Source of the DNA: Bdellovibrionales bacterium
GTDB lineage: Bacteria > Bdellovibrionota > Bdellovibrionia > Bdellovibrionales > UBA1609
Length of the DNA: 64,000 bases
Direction of reading: 5' to 3'
Assembly (NCBI GenBank): GCA_027459485.1
Contig: DAIDIG010000012.1
Coordinates: 714 to 64,713 of the forward strand
Shown: positions 7,862 through 17,644 of the stretch, piece by piece
How the letters are laid out: every line of letters begins with the position of its first letter
Position numbering within the stretch: position 1 is the stretch's first letter
Position numbers and translations under genes: made by a program
Notes under the pieces: generated by a model
Database searches by the model: none
What the model saw: the letters and a program-made list of their open reading frames with translations, nothing else
What the model was told of the DNA's origin: nothing

Positions 7862-9655
7862 ATGAGGTTTGTTATGAACGTGCGTTCAATTCTGCTCGGT
7901 TCCCTTTTGTTTTTACCGCTGTTTGCTCAAGGCGTACCAAATACGGTGAATCCGCCGCCCGCTCCAGCGGCACAAGGGCCAACATTCAACGATCGATTTC
8001 TCGACATCCTGCAAACGGGCGCGGCAGATCCATGGCTTGCGGAGTGGCTCGCCGACGCCATCATAACGCCGATTCGCCACAGTCTTGATAAACAAGTCTG
8101 GCAGACGTTGAATACCAATCCTGTCGGCCGCGCGACACTGATGAAATTGAAGCCTCAGCTTGATGAAATACTTCTTAATTTGCGTCGCAAACACGAATCG
8201 ATGTTTGGTCGTGCTGAGCCAGGCACCAATGGGCAGTTCCAACACGATTTAGAACTGGCGCAAGAAGTGGCGAGACGCCAGGGCTTCAGCCATGATGCCG
8301 TTAAAAATCAACATCTTTTCGTTGGAATCGGCGAAGACAATGCCTATACGTACAGCCCCGTGCTGACGAGCCCTGATTTTCTACTTTATTGGGACTTGCA
8401 GAAATTAGGAATGACCGATCAAGACATTCAGTCGGTGATGGGTCATGAATTTACCCACATTCGAGCTCGCCACATTCTCATTGGGCTCACTTTGCAAACA
8501 ATATTCAGTGCGACCGGTGAAATTCTTATTCCGCACGAAAAATTAGATGTGTTTCGAGCAATGGTTCAAAACGAAGGCCGTAAGCTCGTGACACTCGGCC
8601 TGCACCAAGGCGCTGTGGATGAAAAACTCGTCGATCACCTCATAGCTTTAAGCCAAAGCGCTTCAGATTCTCTGAAGCAGCGATTCGCCACGACAGATCG
8701 AAAATCCCTAAAAGACTTAGTATCATCGTTGACTAACGCGCTTGGCGTGACGACCACTGAAAGTCTGTCTGCCGATGACGATGATCCGTTTACAAAAATT
8801 AAAACCTTTAAAAGCGCCTTAGTTCGCCTGCAACGATCCGAAGAAATCACAGCTGATCGCGGGTCGATTGTGACAATTGGATTTGAGCCCCTTTTTGCGA
8901 TGATGAGCAAACTCGCTTCAGGCCCGAACGCGAACCCCGCCGCTATATTGAAGCAAGCCAATGAACTTATTAAAAAAGTCGGAGCGACGGGCGCCGATAC
9001 CGCCTGGCTCGATGACGGTTCGGACCATCCGCCGACCATTTTACGCGCGGCCCAGCATCTGTCGTTTATGTCGACCCAAGCTTATAAAACCGCCTCTGAC
9101 CCGATTCTCCAGGCGTTCGCCGTTTATTTGAAAGCGAGCCATCAGCTGTCGGACGAAAAGGCCCAGTTGAATGCGTCGACCGGCGAGCTGTCTATTCTTG
9201 AGCGTGTGAATTTGAGCCGCCAAGATTTCGTAAAATTCGCTCGCAGCGTTTCGGATTTACTCGTTTTTCAAATCCAAGCCGAGATGAATGACACGACGAA
9301 AACTGCCGCTCAGAGGGTCGAGTCGATCGGCAAAATCTTCGATTACATGGATCTTGTAAATGCTGAAGCCATGAACACCTCGGCGCTGCTATCTCCAGAT
9401 TCAAATGTATCGGCCCTAACTACCGAAGCGATGAATGAGAATAACTTGATAAAAAACCCCGACCTTGCAAAGCCCGGCCGGTTCTTTTACGAACTTCGCG
9501 AAATGTTAAAGAAGAGCGCATCACCTGTAGCCAAAATTCTATTGACTCAGTTGGATCAACGAGTCACGCCCTACACAAAGGCCAGCCAAAATTTAGCCGA
9601 AGAATGCGCTAAAATTATCAACCCCGCGAAGCCGGATGGGCAAACGGGTCACTAA
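7862..9655 (+). CDS. Secreted M48-family-like zinc metallopeptidase
   Basis: 597 aa with a signal peptide (ILLGSLLFLPLFAQG). HExxH motif (MGHEFTHIRARH) and a downstream RSEEITADRGS motif resembling the M48 E-x-x-AD third-ligand motif. The spacing between the two motifs is unusually long (about 130 aa). Confidence 0.65.
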   Translation: MRFVMNVRSILLGSLLFLPLFAQGVPNTVNPPPAPAAQGPTFNDRFLDILQTGAADPWLAEWLADAIITPIRHSLDKQVWQTLNTNPVGRATLMKLKPQLDEILLNLRRKHESMFGRAEPGTNGQFQHDLELAQEVARRQGFSHDAVKNQHLFVGIGEDNAYTYSPVLTSPDFLLYWDLQKLGMTDQDIQSVMGHEFTHIRARHILIGLTLQTIFSATGEILIPHEKLDVFRAMVQNEGRKLVTLGLHQGAVDEKLVDHLIALSQSASDSLKQRFATTDRKSLKDLVSSLTNALGVTTTESLSADDDDPFTKIKTFKSALVRLQRSEEITADRGSIVTIGFEPLFAMMSKLASGPNANPAAILKQANELIKKVGATGADTAWLDDGSDHPPTILRAAQHLSFMSTQAYKTASDPILQAFAVYLKASHQLSDEKAQLNASTGELSILERVNLSRQDFVKFARSVSDLLVFQIQAEMNDTTKTAAQRVESIGKIFDYMDLVNAEAMNTSALLSPDSNVSALTTEAMNENNLIKNPDLAKPGRFFYELREMLKKSASPVAKILLTQLDQRVTPYTKASQNLAEECAKIINPAKPDGQTGH

Positions 9656-9668
9656 ACGGATCACTAAA

Positions 9669-10166
9669 ATGATGGCCGCGAAATCACTTTTGCTCTTCGT
9701 AACCGCATTAGTGATTTCGCTTTCGGCTTTCGGGCAAAGCCCGCCCTGTCGCGATTTTCTGAACGATCGATTGGCAAGTTTGTCTCAATCTCGCAGAAGG
9801 TCGGACGCGCTCTATTCGGCTTTGCGCGAAAAAATGGCGCACAAGCTCGAGGGAGTGCTGTACGTGCACAATAGCGGCATCGAATTTTACGGGTCGTTTC
9901 AACGGGCGGGCGCCGATCTCAATATTTTGGGAGTCAGTCTCGAAGTAAAGGACGGTCGCTGGGTACAGCGGCGGACAGCGCTTTTTGTGGCGGCTTTTTG
10001 GCGAGTGATCAAAGACGAAATGGAGAATGGCACGGCTCAATCGGTCACCATCACAGCGACTGAAATTCGAAATCCGCTTTTCGATAAAATGTTACGCGAT
10101 TATGGGTTTCAACAGGGCCGCGACCGCGACACGCTCTTTTTAAATTTAAACTCGAGTCGCGAGTAA
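9669..10166 (+). CDS. Hypothetical secreted protein
   Basis: ORF with a signal-peptide-like N-terminus (MMAAKSLLLFVTALVISLSAFGQ). I found no recognisable domain. The ATG at 9669 was chosen to avoid overlap with the upstream gene. Confidence 0.5.
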   Translation: MMAAKSLLLFVTALVISLSAFGQSPPCRDFLNDRLASLSQSRRRSDALYSALREKMAHKLEGVLYVHNSGIEFYGSFQRAGADLNILGVSLEVKDGRWVQRRTALFVAAFWRVIKDEMENGTAQSVTITATEIRNPLFDKMLRDYGFQQGRDRDTLFLNLNSSRE

Positions 10167-10838
10167 ATCGGCGAGCGAGCGGCGCAAACTCTGCGTTACC
10201 GATGCGCGATCAGCGGGGTGGCCAAGAAGTAACTCCATTGATGTCATGACCGATGAGCTCATGCCGCAGGGTTGAATACCGAGAAACGCGGTCGGATCAT
10301 GCGACACATTCAATGCCAGGCCGTGGTAGGTCACCCATTTTTTGCACGCGATACCGATCGACGCGATCTTTTTATCGCCATTTGCGACCCACACGCCCGT
10401 TCGCGAAATATCGTCGCGCTGTTCCGATTGGGTTGTTTCGTTGGGCGCGCCCTTATCGGAGAGCGGCGCCGAACCTTGCGCCTCAATTTTGAATTCGCCC
10501 AGAGTTTGCACGATCGCCGTTTCAAGCGCGCGCATGTAGCCATGCAGATCTCGAGCGCGAAACGCCGCACGATTGAGGTTCAAATCGAGAATCGGATAAA
10601 CAATGACCTGACTCGGCCCATGATATGTCGCGCGACCGCCACGCGAGACTTCGACCACTTCACCCCGCCAACCAATAAGATCTTCGGGCTTGGTCGCACG
10701 CCCCGTCGTCACGACGGGCGGATGAGTGCAAAAGACAAGTGTATCCTGAACGTCGCCTCGCGCGACTTGATCCACAAGATCGAGCTGTCGTCGGGCCGCA
10801 TCGTTGTACGGAATGAGACCCCAGTCGACGAAATTCAT
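10146..10838 (-). CDS. lipB: Lipoyl(octanoyl) transferase
   Basis: 230 aa. Motifs: LIPYNDAARRQLDL...LVFCTHPPVVTTGR, RGGRATYHGPSQVIVYPIL, GIACKKWVTYHGLALNV (catalytic Lys/Cys region). Confidence 0.9.
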   Translation of the reverse strand: MNFVDWGLIPYNDAARRQLDLVDQVARGDVQDTLVFCTHPPVVTTGRATKPEDLIGWRGEVVEVSRGGRATYHGPSQVIVYPILDLNLNRAAFRARDLHGYMRALETAIVQTLGEFKIEAQGSAPLSDKGAPNETTQSEQRDDISRTGVWVANGDKKIASIGIACKKWVTYHGLALNVSHDPTAFLGIQPCGMSSSVMTSMELLLGHPADRASVTQSLRRSLADLLATRV

Positions 10839-10864
10839 AACACTCCTTCGGCACGAACCCAGCG

Positions 10865-12340
10865 TTAGGTTCGAGTCGCAGCTGCGCCATTCGAAGATTC
10901 GGCCCGCGACAGCGGCTTTTGAATCACATGAATCGCGTGACCCAAAGTCGCCTCGGCGGCCTCCATCACAACCTCACCCAACGTGGGGTGTGGATGAATA
11001 GTGAGCGCCAAATCTTCAACCCGCGCGCCCATCTCAATCGCGAGCGCGGCTTCGCTGATCAAATTACTCACTTCAGGGCCGACCATGTGAACGCCTAACA
11101 CCACGTGCGTTTTCTTGTCGGCAATGATTTTGACAAAGCCGTCGGTCTCCATAAGAGAAACCGCGCGACCGTTCGCCGCGAACGGGAATTTACTGACCAT
11201 CAAATCGGTGTACCCGCGGCCGGCGCATTCCGATTCAAGTAACCCTGCACTTGCGATTTCGGGGTCGGTGAACACAACGGCGGGCACGGTCTTCACATCA
11301 TAGGCGCGGTTCATGCCGCCGATGACTTCAGCCACAAGTACACCCTCGTGGCTCGCCTTGTGCGCGAGCATCGGCTGCCCGGCAATATCGCCGATCGCGA
11401 AAATGTGTTTCAAATTCGTGCGCCTTTGCGCATCGACTTTAATGAAGCCGCGCTCATCCATCGCCACGCCGATTTTTTTCAAGCCCGTCTGGTCGGAGTT
11501 CGGTCGGCGGCCAACCGTGAGTAAAATTTTGTCGCATTTCAACTTTTCGATTTTGCCGCTCGATTCGAATTCCACTTCGTATTGCGAGCCGCTTTTTTTG
11601 TACGACTTCGCCTTGGCGTTGAACATGACCTGAACGCCACCTTTTTTGAGCTTTCGCTCGACCACTTGCACGCACTCGCGATCGACCACGCCGTTCAATA
11701 GCGACCCGCCCGCTTCGAGCACGATCACTTCGCTCCCCAGTTTTTTCAAGTAAGAGCTGATCTCAAGACCGATGTACCCGCCGCCGATGACGACAAGTTT
11801 CTTGGGAACTTCATCGAGCGCCAATGCACCGGTCGACGACAGGACGTTTTTTTCGTCAATCGTGAAGCCGGGGATTTCAATGGGACGCGAGCCAGTTGCA
11901 ATCACGAAGTTTTTGGCGGCGATTGTCGTGCCGCCTTTACCGTCGCCCGAACTCCGTACCGAGATTTCGTTCGGTGAAGTAAACTCAGCTTCACCGCGAA
12001 TCACTGTGACGCCGTTACCTTTTAAAAGTTGCGAGACGCCGTTCGCCATACGATCCGAGACGGATTGCTTCCACCCCACGAGTTTTTTCATGTTCACTTT
12101 GATGTCGGATTTCACTTCAATGCCCATTTCGGGAGCGTCGTGCCGCATTTTCTCGAGAAAGTGCGACGCGCTGATCATCGCCTTCGATGGGATACAGCCG
12201 ACATTGAGGCAGACTCCGCCAAGATACTCGCGCTCGATAACGCAGGTCTTTTTGCCGAGCTGAGCCGCACGGATGGCGGCAACGTAACCGCCGGGACCCG
12301 CGCCGATGACACACACATCGAAATTTTGAGATGCACCCAT
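10865..12340 (-). CDS. lpd: Dihydrolipoyl dehydrogenase (E3)
   Basis: 491 aa. FAD motif VIGAGPGGYVAA, redox-active disulfide GGVCLNVGCIPSK, NAD motif VIGGGYIGLE, C-terminal HPHPTLGE. Confidence 0.95.
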   Translation of the reverse strand: MGASQNFDVCVIGAGPGGYVAAIRAAQLGKKTCVIEREYLGGVCLNVGCIPSKAMISASHFLEKMRHDAPEMGIEVKSDIKVNMKKLVGWKQSVSDRMANGVSQLLKGNGVTVIRGEAEFTSPNEISVRSSGDGKGGTTIAAKNFVIATGSRPIEIPGFTIDEKNVLSSTGALALDEVPKKLVVIGGGYIGLEISSYLKKLGSEVIVLEAGGSLLNGVVDRECVQVVERKLKKGGVQVMFNAKAKSYKKSGSQYEVEFESSGKIEKLKCDKILLTVGRRPNSDQTGLKKIGVAMDERGFIKVDAQRRTNLKHIFAIGDIAGQPMLAHKASHEGVLVAEVIGGMNRAYDVKTVPAVVFTDPEIASAGLLESECAGRGYTDLMVSKFPFAANGRAVSLMETDGFVKIIADKKTHVVLGVHMVGPEVSNLISEAALAIEMGARVEDLALTIHPHPTLGEVVMEAAEATLGHAIHVIQKPLSRAESSNGAAATRT

Positions 12341-12342
12341 GA

Positions 12343-13686
12343 TTACACCATATCCAAGACAAGTTGCCCGACGTTTTCAATCCGTCGCAAAAACGCCTTC
12401 AAGAAATTCGCCGCAACGGCGCCGTCGATAAGACGATGGTCGCAGGTCGCCGAAAAATTCATCACTTGTGTCGGCACGAACACACCGTCTTTATAAACGG
12501 GCTTCCAGTCGATTTTGTACATGCCGATGATCGCGACTTCGGGGTGGTTGATGATCGGGGTCGCATAACTGCCGCCGACGCTGCCGATATTCGTAATGGT
12601 GATCGTCGCACCTTTCATATCTTCGAGGCCAATCTTGCCTTCGCGCGCCTTGGTCGCGAGTTCAACGATTTCACGGCTGATTTCAAGAACCGATTTTTGA
12701 TCGGCGTTTTTGATCACAGGCACGAGCAATCCGTTTGGAGTGTCGGCCGCAAAACCGATGTTAAAATATTTTTTGTAGACGATTTCACCGGCCTGATCGT
12801 CGATGCTGGCATTGAACATCGGAAATTCGCGCAACGTCGAAATAAGAGCCTTCATCACAAACGGCAGGTACGTGATTTTCGCCCCCGCCTTTTCGGCCGC
12901 GGCTTTGGCTTGTTCGCGCAGGCGCACAAGCTCCGAAACGTTGGCTTCGTCCATAATTGTAAAGTGTGGGACGACTTGTTTCGTCATCTGCATCTGTTCG
13001 GCGATTTTGCGACGAATCCCGCGAAGCGGTACGCGCTCTTCGGCATTCGCTTGCGTCGACGCATAAGCCATGCGGGGCACATTCGAGATCGGAGCCCAAG
13101 ACGGTGCGCCGGCCGCAACGGCGCCTGTTCCACCTTTGCTTTTTGCCACATCGTCGCGGGTCACTCGACCGGCGAGACCGGTGCCGTTGATCACATTGAT
13201 GTCGACACCCATTTCTCGCGCCAATCTTCGCGTCGCGGGCGTTGCCAGCACACGCGCTTCAGCGGCTGGCGGGTACAGTTCGGCACTCGAATGAGACACC
13301 GCCGCGCCCGAGGCCATGCTCGACGCTACGTTCGACGGCTTGCTTGATGCGGCCGCAAAAGCGGGAGTTGAAGCGCTCGGCGCTTTCGATGCAGGAGCGC
13401 TCTGAGTCTTAGCGGGAGCGCTTGCGGTTGTCGCAGCAGCACTCGCACCGGCCTCAAGCACCAGAAGCGTCGTCTCGATCGGAATCACGTCGCCTTCTTT
13501 TGCTTTCAGTTCTTTCACGACGCCCGCAACCGGCGACGGCACTTCAACTGTCGCTTTATCGGTCATGACTTCAGCAATTGGCTGATCGGCTTTCACCGAA
13601 TCACCCACCTTCACAAGCCACTTTACAATTTCACCTTCGGTCACGCCCTCGCCGATATCCGGTAATTTAACTTCTTTTGTTGCCAT
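12343..13686 (-). CDS. Dihydrolipoamide acyltransferase (E2 of a 2-oxo acid dehydrogenase complex), single lipoyl domain
   Basis: 447 aa. Lipoyl-Lys motif (VMTDKATVEVPS), Ala/Pro/Ser linker, E3-binding domain (ATPATRRLAREMGVDINVINGTGLAGRVTRDDV), catalytic DHRLIDGA. Confidence 0.9.
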   Translation of the reverse strand: MATKEVKLPDIGEGVTEGEIVKWLVKVGDSVKADQPIAEVMTDKATVEVPSPVAGVVKELKAKEGDVIPIETTLLVLEAGASAAATTASAPAKTQSAPASKAPSASTPAFAAASSKPSNVASSMASGAAVSHSSAELYPPAAEARVLATPATRRLAREMGVDINVINGTGLAGRVTRDDVAKSKGGTGAVAAGAPSWAPISNVPRMAYASTQANAEERVPLRGIRRKIAEQMQMTKQVVPHFTIMDEANVSELVRLREQAKAAAEKAGAKITYLPFVMKALISTLREFPMFNASIDDQAGEIVYKKYFNIGFAADTPNGLLVPVIKNADQKSVLEISREIVELATKAREGKIGLEDMKGATITITNIGSVGGSYATPIINHPEVAIIGMYKIDWKPVYKDGVFVPTQVMNFSATCDHRLIDGAVAANFLKAFLRRIENVGQLVLDMV

Positions 13687-14652
13687 TTATTCCCCACTCG
13701 TTGTTGTGCCGGCCAGCTGCGCAGCCGCTGCAATTTCTTGTTTTCTTTTTTCAATTATTCCACGCATAAAAAATTCGCCCGCGCGATACGAGCTTCGAAC
13801 GAGAGCGCCGCTCGCCACGTATAAAAATCCCATCTCTTCGGCGCGCGCCTTCCACCAATCAAATTTTTCGGGAGTGACAAACTCCTCGACCTTGAGTTTC
13901 GTTTTCGTCGGTTGCAAATACTGACCGAACGTCACGACGTCGCATTCGACCTCGCGCAAATCGCTGAGCGTCTTCATCACTTCTTCATCCGTCTCACCGA
14001 GCCCCAACATCAAAGACGTTTTCGTGTATCGTGTCGGGTCGTGCTTTTTAACGAAGGCCAAAACGCCGAGCGATTGGGCATAACCGGCACGCGGGTCACG
14101 CGCTTTTTTCTGCAAGCGCTCCACCGTTTCAACGTTGTGAGCGAACACATCCGGGCCGGCGTCGACGATTTTCGCGATGTACTCTTCGCGACCCTTAAAA
14201 TCGGGCGTTAATACCTCGACTAAAAGATCGGGGCGATTTTTTTTGATGGTCGCCACTGTGCGCGCGAAGTGACCTGAGCCTTCATCGGGCAGATCGTCGC
14301 GGTCCACACTCGTGATGACGACGTAATCAAGATTCATCTGCGCGATCGCATGCCCGACTTTTTCCGGCTCGTCGTTATCGATCTTGCCTTTCGGGTTGCC
14401 GGTTTTTACGGAGCAAAATCGGCATCCGCGCGTGCAGACTTCGCCCATGAGCATGAAGGTCGCCGTGCCGCCGCCCCAGCACTCCGCAATATTGGGGCAT
14501 CTCGCTTCTTGGCAAACCGTCGCGAGGTTCAGCGACTTCAGCAGTTCTTTAATTTCGTGATATTTTTCGCCTGAGGGAGCGCGAACTTTCAACCACTCCG
14601 GCTTCGGCGCGAATCGTTTAGACGTATTGGCTTTGGCTGTATTTTCTTGCAT
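13687..14652 (-). CDS. lipA: Lipoyl synthase
   Basis: Radical-SAM CxxxCxxC (CTRGCRFCSV) plus the N-terminal auxiliary cluster cysteines (CQEARCPNIAEC). The ATG at 14652 is preferred (AGGA 8 nt upstream). The track ORF extends to 14688. Confidence 0.93.
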   Translation of the reverse strand: MQENTAKANTSKRFAPKPEWLKVRAPSGEKYHEIKELLKSLNLATVCQEARCPNIAECWGGGTATFMLMGEVCTRGCRFCSVKTGNPKGKIDNDEPEKVGHAIAQMNLDYVVITSVDRDDLPDEGSGHFARTVATIKKNRPDLLVEVLTPDFKGREEYIAKIVDAGPDVFAHNVETVERLQKKARDPRAGYAQSLGVLAFVKKHDPTRYTKTSLMLGLGETDEEVMKTLSDLREVECDVVTFGQYLQPTKTKLKVEEFVTPEKFDWWKARAEEMGFLYVASGALVRSSYRAGEFFMRGIIEKRKQEIAAAAQLAGTTTSGE

Positions 14653-14727
14653 GGGGGTCATCCTACATCTATAGCCACTTTCTGGCAAAGGATCGCGGTT
14701 AGCCCCGCACTGTCAAATTGGAGCGCA

Positions 14728-15438
14728 ATGGATTACAAAACTCACCTTCTCGAAGGCCGGTTTTTACGCCGCTATAAGCGCTTTTTCGCCGATGTCGAAT
14801 TAAGCGCGGGCGGGCGGCGAAAAACGGTGACTGCGCACGTCGCCAATACTGGCAGTCTCAAAGGGGTCTGTGACGAGATTTCGCCCTGCCGTGTCGCATT
14901 TCACGACGACCCGAACCGTAAGCTCAAATACTCGCTCGAGCACGTGCAGCGTGGCTCCGCTTGGGTGGGGGTGAACACGCGTCTTGCCAACGATTTGGTG
15001 GCTGAGGCGTTCGAACTCAAACAGTTGAAGCATTGGGCGCACCTTGTGGGAGTAAATCGCGAATTCAAACTCAACGAAAAGTCGCGACTTGATTTTCGCT
15101 TCACCGATAAAAAGGGGCGCTTTCACTTTGTCGAGGTCAAAAGTGTCTCAATGGCCGCTGGTTTGGTCGCCCAATTTCCCGATGCGCCGACCGTGCGCGG
15201 GCAAAAGCATCTCGAAGATCTGATGGCACTCGTGAAAAAGGGTCATTCCGCTGAAATATTTTTTGTCGTTCAGCGCACCGACGCCCGTTCATTCGGACCG
15301 GCTCGCATAATTGACCCGAAATACGCCGAACTGCTGTTAAAAGCTCAACGTGCCGGCGTTGGTGTTTCAGCTTACGCGGTCGATCTATCAGCTCGATCGG
15401 CGACTATTCGCCCCGAACCATTAAACGTTGAGGTTTAG
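14728..15438 (+). CDS. sfsA: Sugar fermentation stimulation protein homolog (SfsA, nuclease-fold DNA-binding protein)
   Basis: N-terminus GRFLRRYKRFFADVEL and ...FVEVKSVS... are typical of SfsA. The ATG at 14728 has a GGAG upstream. Confidence 0.88.
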   Translation: MDYKTHLLEGRFLRRYKRFFADVELSAGGRRKTVTAHVANTGSLKGVCDEISPCRVAFHDDPNRKLKYSLEHVQRGSAWVGVNTRLANDLVAEAFELKQLKHWAHLVGVNREFKLNEKSRLDFRFTDKKGRFHFVEVKSVSMAAGLVAQFPDAPTVRGQKHLEDLMALVKKGHSAEIFFVVQRTDARSFGPARIIDPKYAELLLKAQRAGVGVSAYAVDLSARSATIRPEPLNVEV

Positions 15439-15536
15439 CTGTCAGCTCGATGCCGGCACGGCAAAATAGCCCATAGCTCGGCTCGACCCAGCCTGGCCTC
15501 GCACAGCTCGGCAAACGCACTCTGACCATGAGGAGC

Positions 15537-16376
15537 TCAGTTCGTAGAACCTGAGCCCGAGGGCGAGGGCGACGCCGCCGCTGCTCCGCTTGGATGCGAT
15601 TGCAAAATATAATCTACGACGCGTTTAAAAAAATCATACGGATACGCACCATCGATCGCGGCGCCATTCACCATAAAGCCGGGCGTGCCGTCGAAGCCGA
15701 ATTTTTTGGCTTGGGCCATATCATCGGCGATGCGCTTTTTGACGGTGGCGCCTTTTGCATCACGCTCCACTTTCGCCAGATCCGCACCGACAGATTTAAC
15801 AGCCGTCTTCAAATATTTCTCGCCGCCCACACGAAAATCATTTTGGTTGGCAAACAGTAAATCATGAAACTGAACGGCCTTTGCTTTGTTTTGAAGCGCG
15901 ATCGCCTCCATGTACTGAGCGGCCACTTTGCTGTCGGGCGCTAGTATCGGCAGATGTTTGTACACAACGCGAACCTTGTCGCCGTATTCTTTCACGATTT
16001 TCTGAATCGCATCCTGCACAGCTTGGCAATGACCGCAGTTGAAATCGGCCCATTCCACAATTGTGACGGGAGCGCCGGCTGACCCCACGAAAGCACGATC
16101 GGCCGCGATGTCGACGGTCTGCGGAGACGCGAGCTCCGTCTTCACTTTGTCGAACTCCTTATCCATCTCGGCCGAAATTGAAGCCAGACGCGCTTGCTCT
16201 TGTACACCTTGGACCGTATCGAAGAAACCTTTGGGGTCCGCCTTGATCGCAGAAAAGACAATTTCAGGATGGGCCTCGACCACCTTTTTTAGTTGTGTGG
16301 GCGACGGGCTGCAGGCTGTTAATACAAAACCAAAACTTGCGATCATTAGGCCTAACGCCGAGAGTATGCGTTTCAA
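15537..16376 (-). CDS. DsbA-family thiol:disulfide oxidoreductase lipoprotein
   Basis: 279 aa. Lipobox (VLTACS), thioredoxin-fold CGHC active site (ADFNCGHCQ), DsbA-like C-terminus (GTPGFMVNG). Confidence 0.85.
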   Translation of the reverse strand: MKRILSALGLMIASFGFVLTACSPSPTQLKKVVEAHPEIVFSAIKADPKGFFDTVQGVQEQARLASISAEMDKEFDKVKTELASPQTVDIAADRAFVGSAGAPVTIVEWADFNCGHCQAVQDAIQKIVKEYGDKVRVVYKHLPILAPDSKVAAQYMEAIALQNKAKAVQFHDLLFANQNDFRVGGEKYLKTAVKSVGADLAKVERDAKGATVKKRIADDMAQAKKFGFDGTPGFMVNGAAIDGAYPYDFFKRVVDYILQSHPSGAAAASPSPSGSGSTN

Positions 16377-16416
16377 GTTGCACTCCTTTTGAAGTTATTG
16401 AACACTGTAATATGTT

Positions 16417-17037
16417 ATGAAAGCTCTGTCCATTCTCGGCCTGACTGCGGCCGCGCTCATCGCTGCGCTCACTGTTTTTTCACCGTCGACGGTTTATGCG
16501 GGCGTTTACATTTATTCTAAGCTGCAAATGAAAAACTATGATCAAATGCAAAAGGCGGTGAACGCGCGCGTGCAGCTCGCTGAAAAGGTCGGCGATTCGG
16601 ATCAGGCCCGCGCGAAAAGCATTCTTGAAGACGCATTGCGGCTGATATTATCCAGGCCCGATTCGGACGACATGGTCTCAGAACTTCTGCCGACGGTTCG
16701 CGAGCCTTTGCGCAATTTGGGAGTTTACGAACACGAAATGTCAGATGTCGTCGATGACGCCATTATCACTTTGAATGACAAGCACGCGAAATCTGCGGTG
16801 CGAGCAACGAGCCTCATCATTCTGAAAAATGTGATGAGCCAGCTGCGGCCCGATCTTGCCAGCAACAACAAGAAAGTAAAAAAAATATTCGAGCACATTC
16901 GCGATGCTAAAATCAAAATTCCGAGCGCGGTGAAGTCGGATATGTTTCTACGGTCGACAATGAAACCGGGCCCATCGCCGTCTGAAATAGCGACTAAGAT
17001 CCTGAAGTCGAAGAGTTATCGGCCGAGTGATAATTAG
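16417..17037 (+). CDS. Hypothetical secreted helical protein
   Basis: 206-aa ORF with a signal peptide (LTAAALIAALTVFSPSTVYA). No recognised domain. Confidence 0.5.
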   Translation: MKALSILGLTAAALIAALTVFSPSTVYAGVYIYSKLQMKNYDQMQKAVNARVQLAEKVGDSDQARAKSILEDALRLILSRPDSDDMVSELLPTVREPLRNLGVYEHEMSDVVDDAIITLNDKHAKSAVRATSLIILKNVMSQLRPDLASNNKKVKKIFEHIRDAKIKIPSAVKSDMFLRSTMKPGPSPSEIATKILKSKSYRPSDN

Positions 17038-17608
17038 ATCGAACGATCGTCACGTCGCTGGCATACGTTCTGCCGTTTGCACCGACGAGACGAATTTTGA
17101 CCTGATTTTGGCCGTTCACGAGATGAATATAGTCAGTCGTGATTTCGCCATCTTCGAGCTTGAATAAAGTGCCCTCGTTGCCGTTAGCGAGATTTACCAC
17201 CCGACTTCCATCGAGTTGCGTGATAGTACCGCGACAAGGCCGTATTTTGATACGGACCAAACGGGCTACGCTTTGCAGTGTCTGACCAATTCCACTTTGG
17301 CAATTGACCGAAATCGTCGCAAATTTAGGGTCTTGCTTAGGCACGTCGGAACCGACGGCTTCGTTCAAAATGCTGCCGGGAGAGTTGGGTTGAATTTTAA
17401 TGTCTTGGATCGACGCAATCTCGCGCACTTGTGAATGCGCTGGCAGCTGAATGTTGACGTTTGCCGGCACAGATGCGGCATTCGACCAAAACCAAAGTCC
17501 AAAGAGCATCATCAAAAACACAGTAAACCCTATTATCCCTGAGCCAAGATGGCGAAGAACGTTTAAGTCCGAAAACCGCATGTACACTACATCGGCTCGA
17601 ACAGTCAA
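16994..17608 (-). CDS. Hypothetical membrane-anchored protein
   Basis: 204-aa ORF with an N-terminal TM (IIGFTVFLMMLFGLWFW) and a beta-rich C-terminal region. Its 3' end overlaps the convergent gene by 44 bp. Confidence 0.5.
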   Translation of the reverse strand: MTVRADVVYMRFSDLNVLRHLGSGIIGFTVFLMMLFGLWFWSNAASVPANVNIQLPAHSQVREIASIQDIKIQPNSPGSILNEAVGSDVPKQDPKFATISVNCQSGIGQTLQSVARLVRIKIRPCRGTITQLDGSRVVNLANGNEGTLFKLEDGEITTDYIHLVNGQNQVKIRLVGANGRTYASDVTIVRSNYHSADNSSTSGS

Positions 17609-17644
17609 TTTATTGACGGCGTCTCAGTCAATTTGGGCGGCGGT

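Noticed and set aside
12364-13347. 327-aa plus-strand ORF antisense to the E2 gene. Similar long antisense ORFs occur at 10272-10868, 38435-39079, 40151-40796, 42944-43510 and 50110-50688.
   Set aside because: Their translations are Arg/His/Gly-rich and low in complexity, with no motifs. They lie entirely inside genes whose products carry unmistakable conserved motifs on the other strand. These are typical shadow ORFs.
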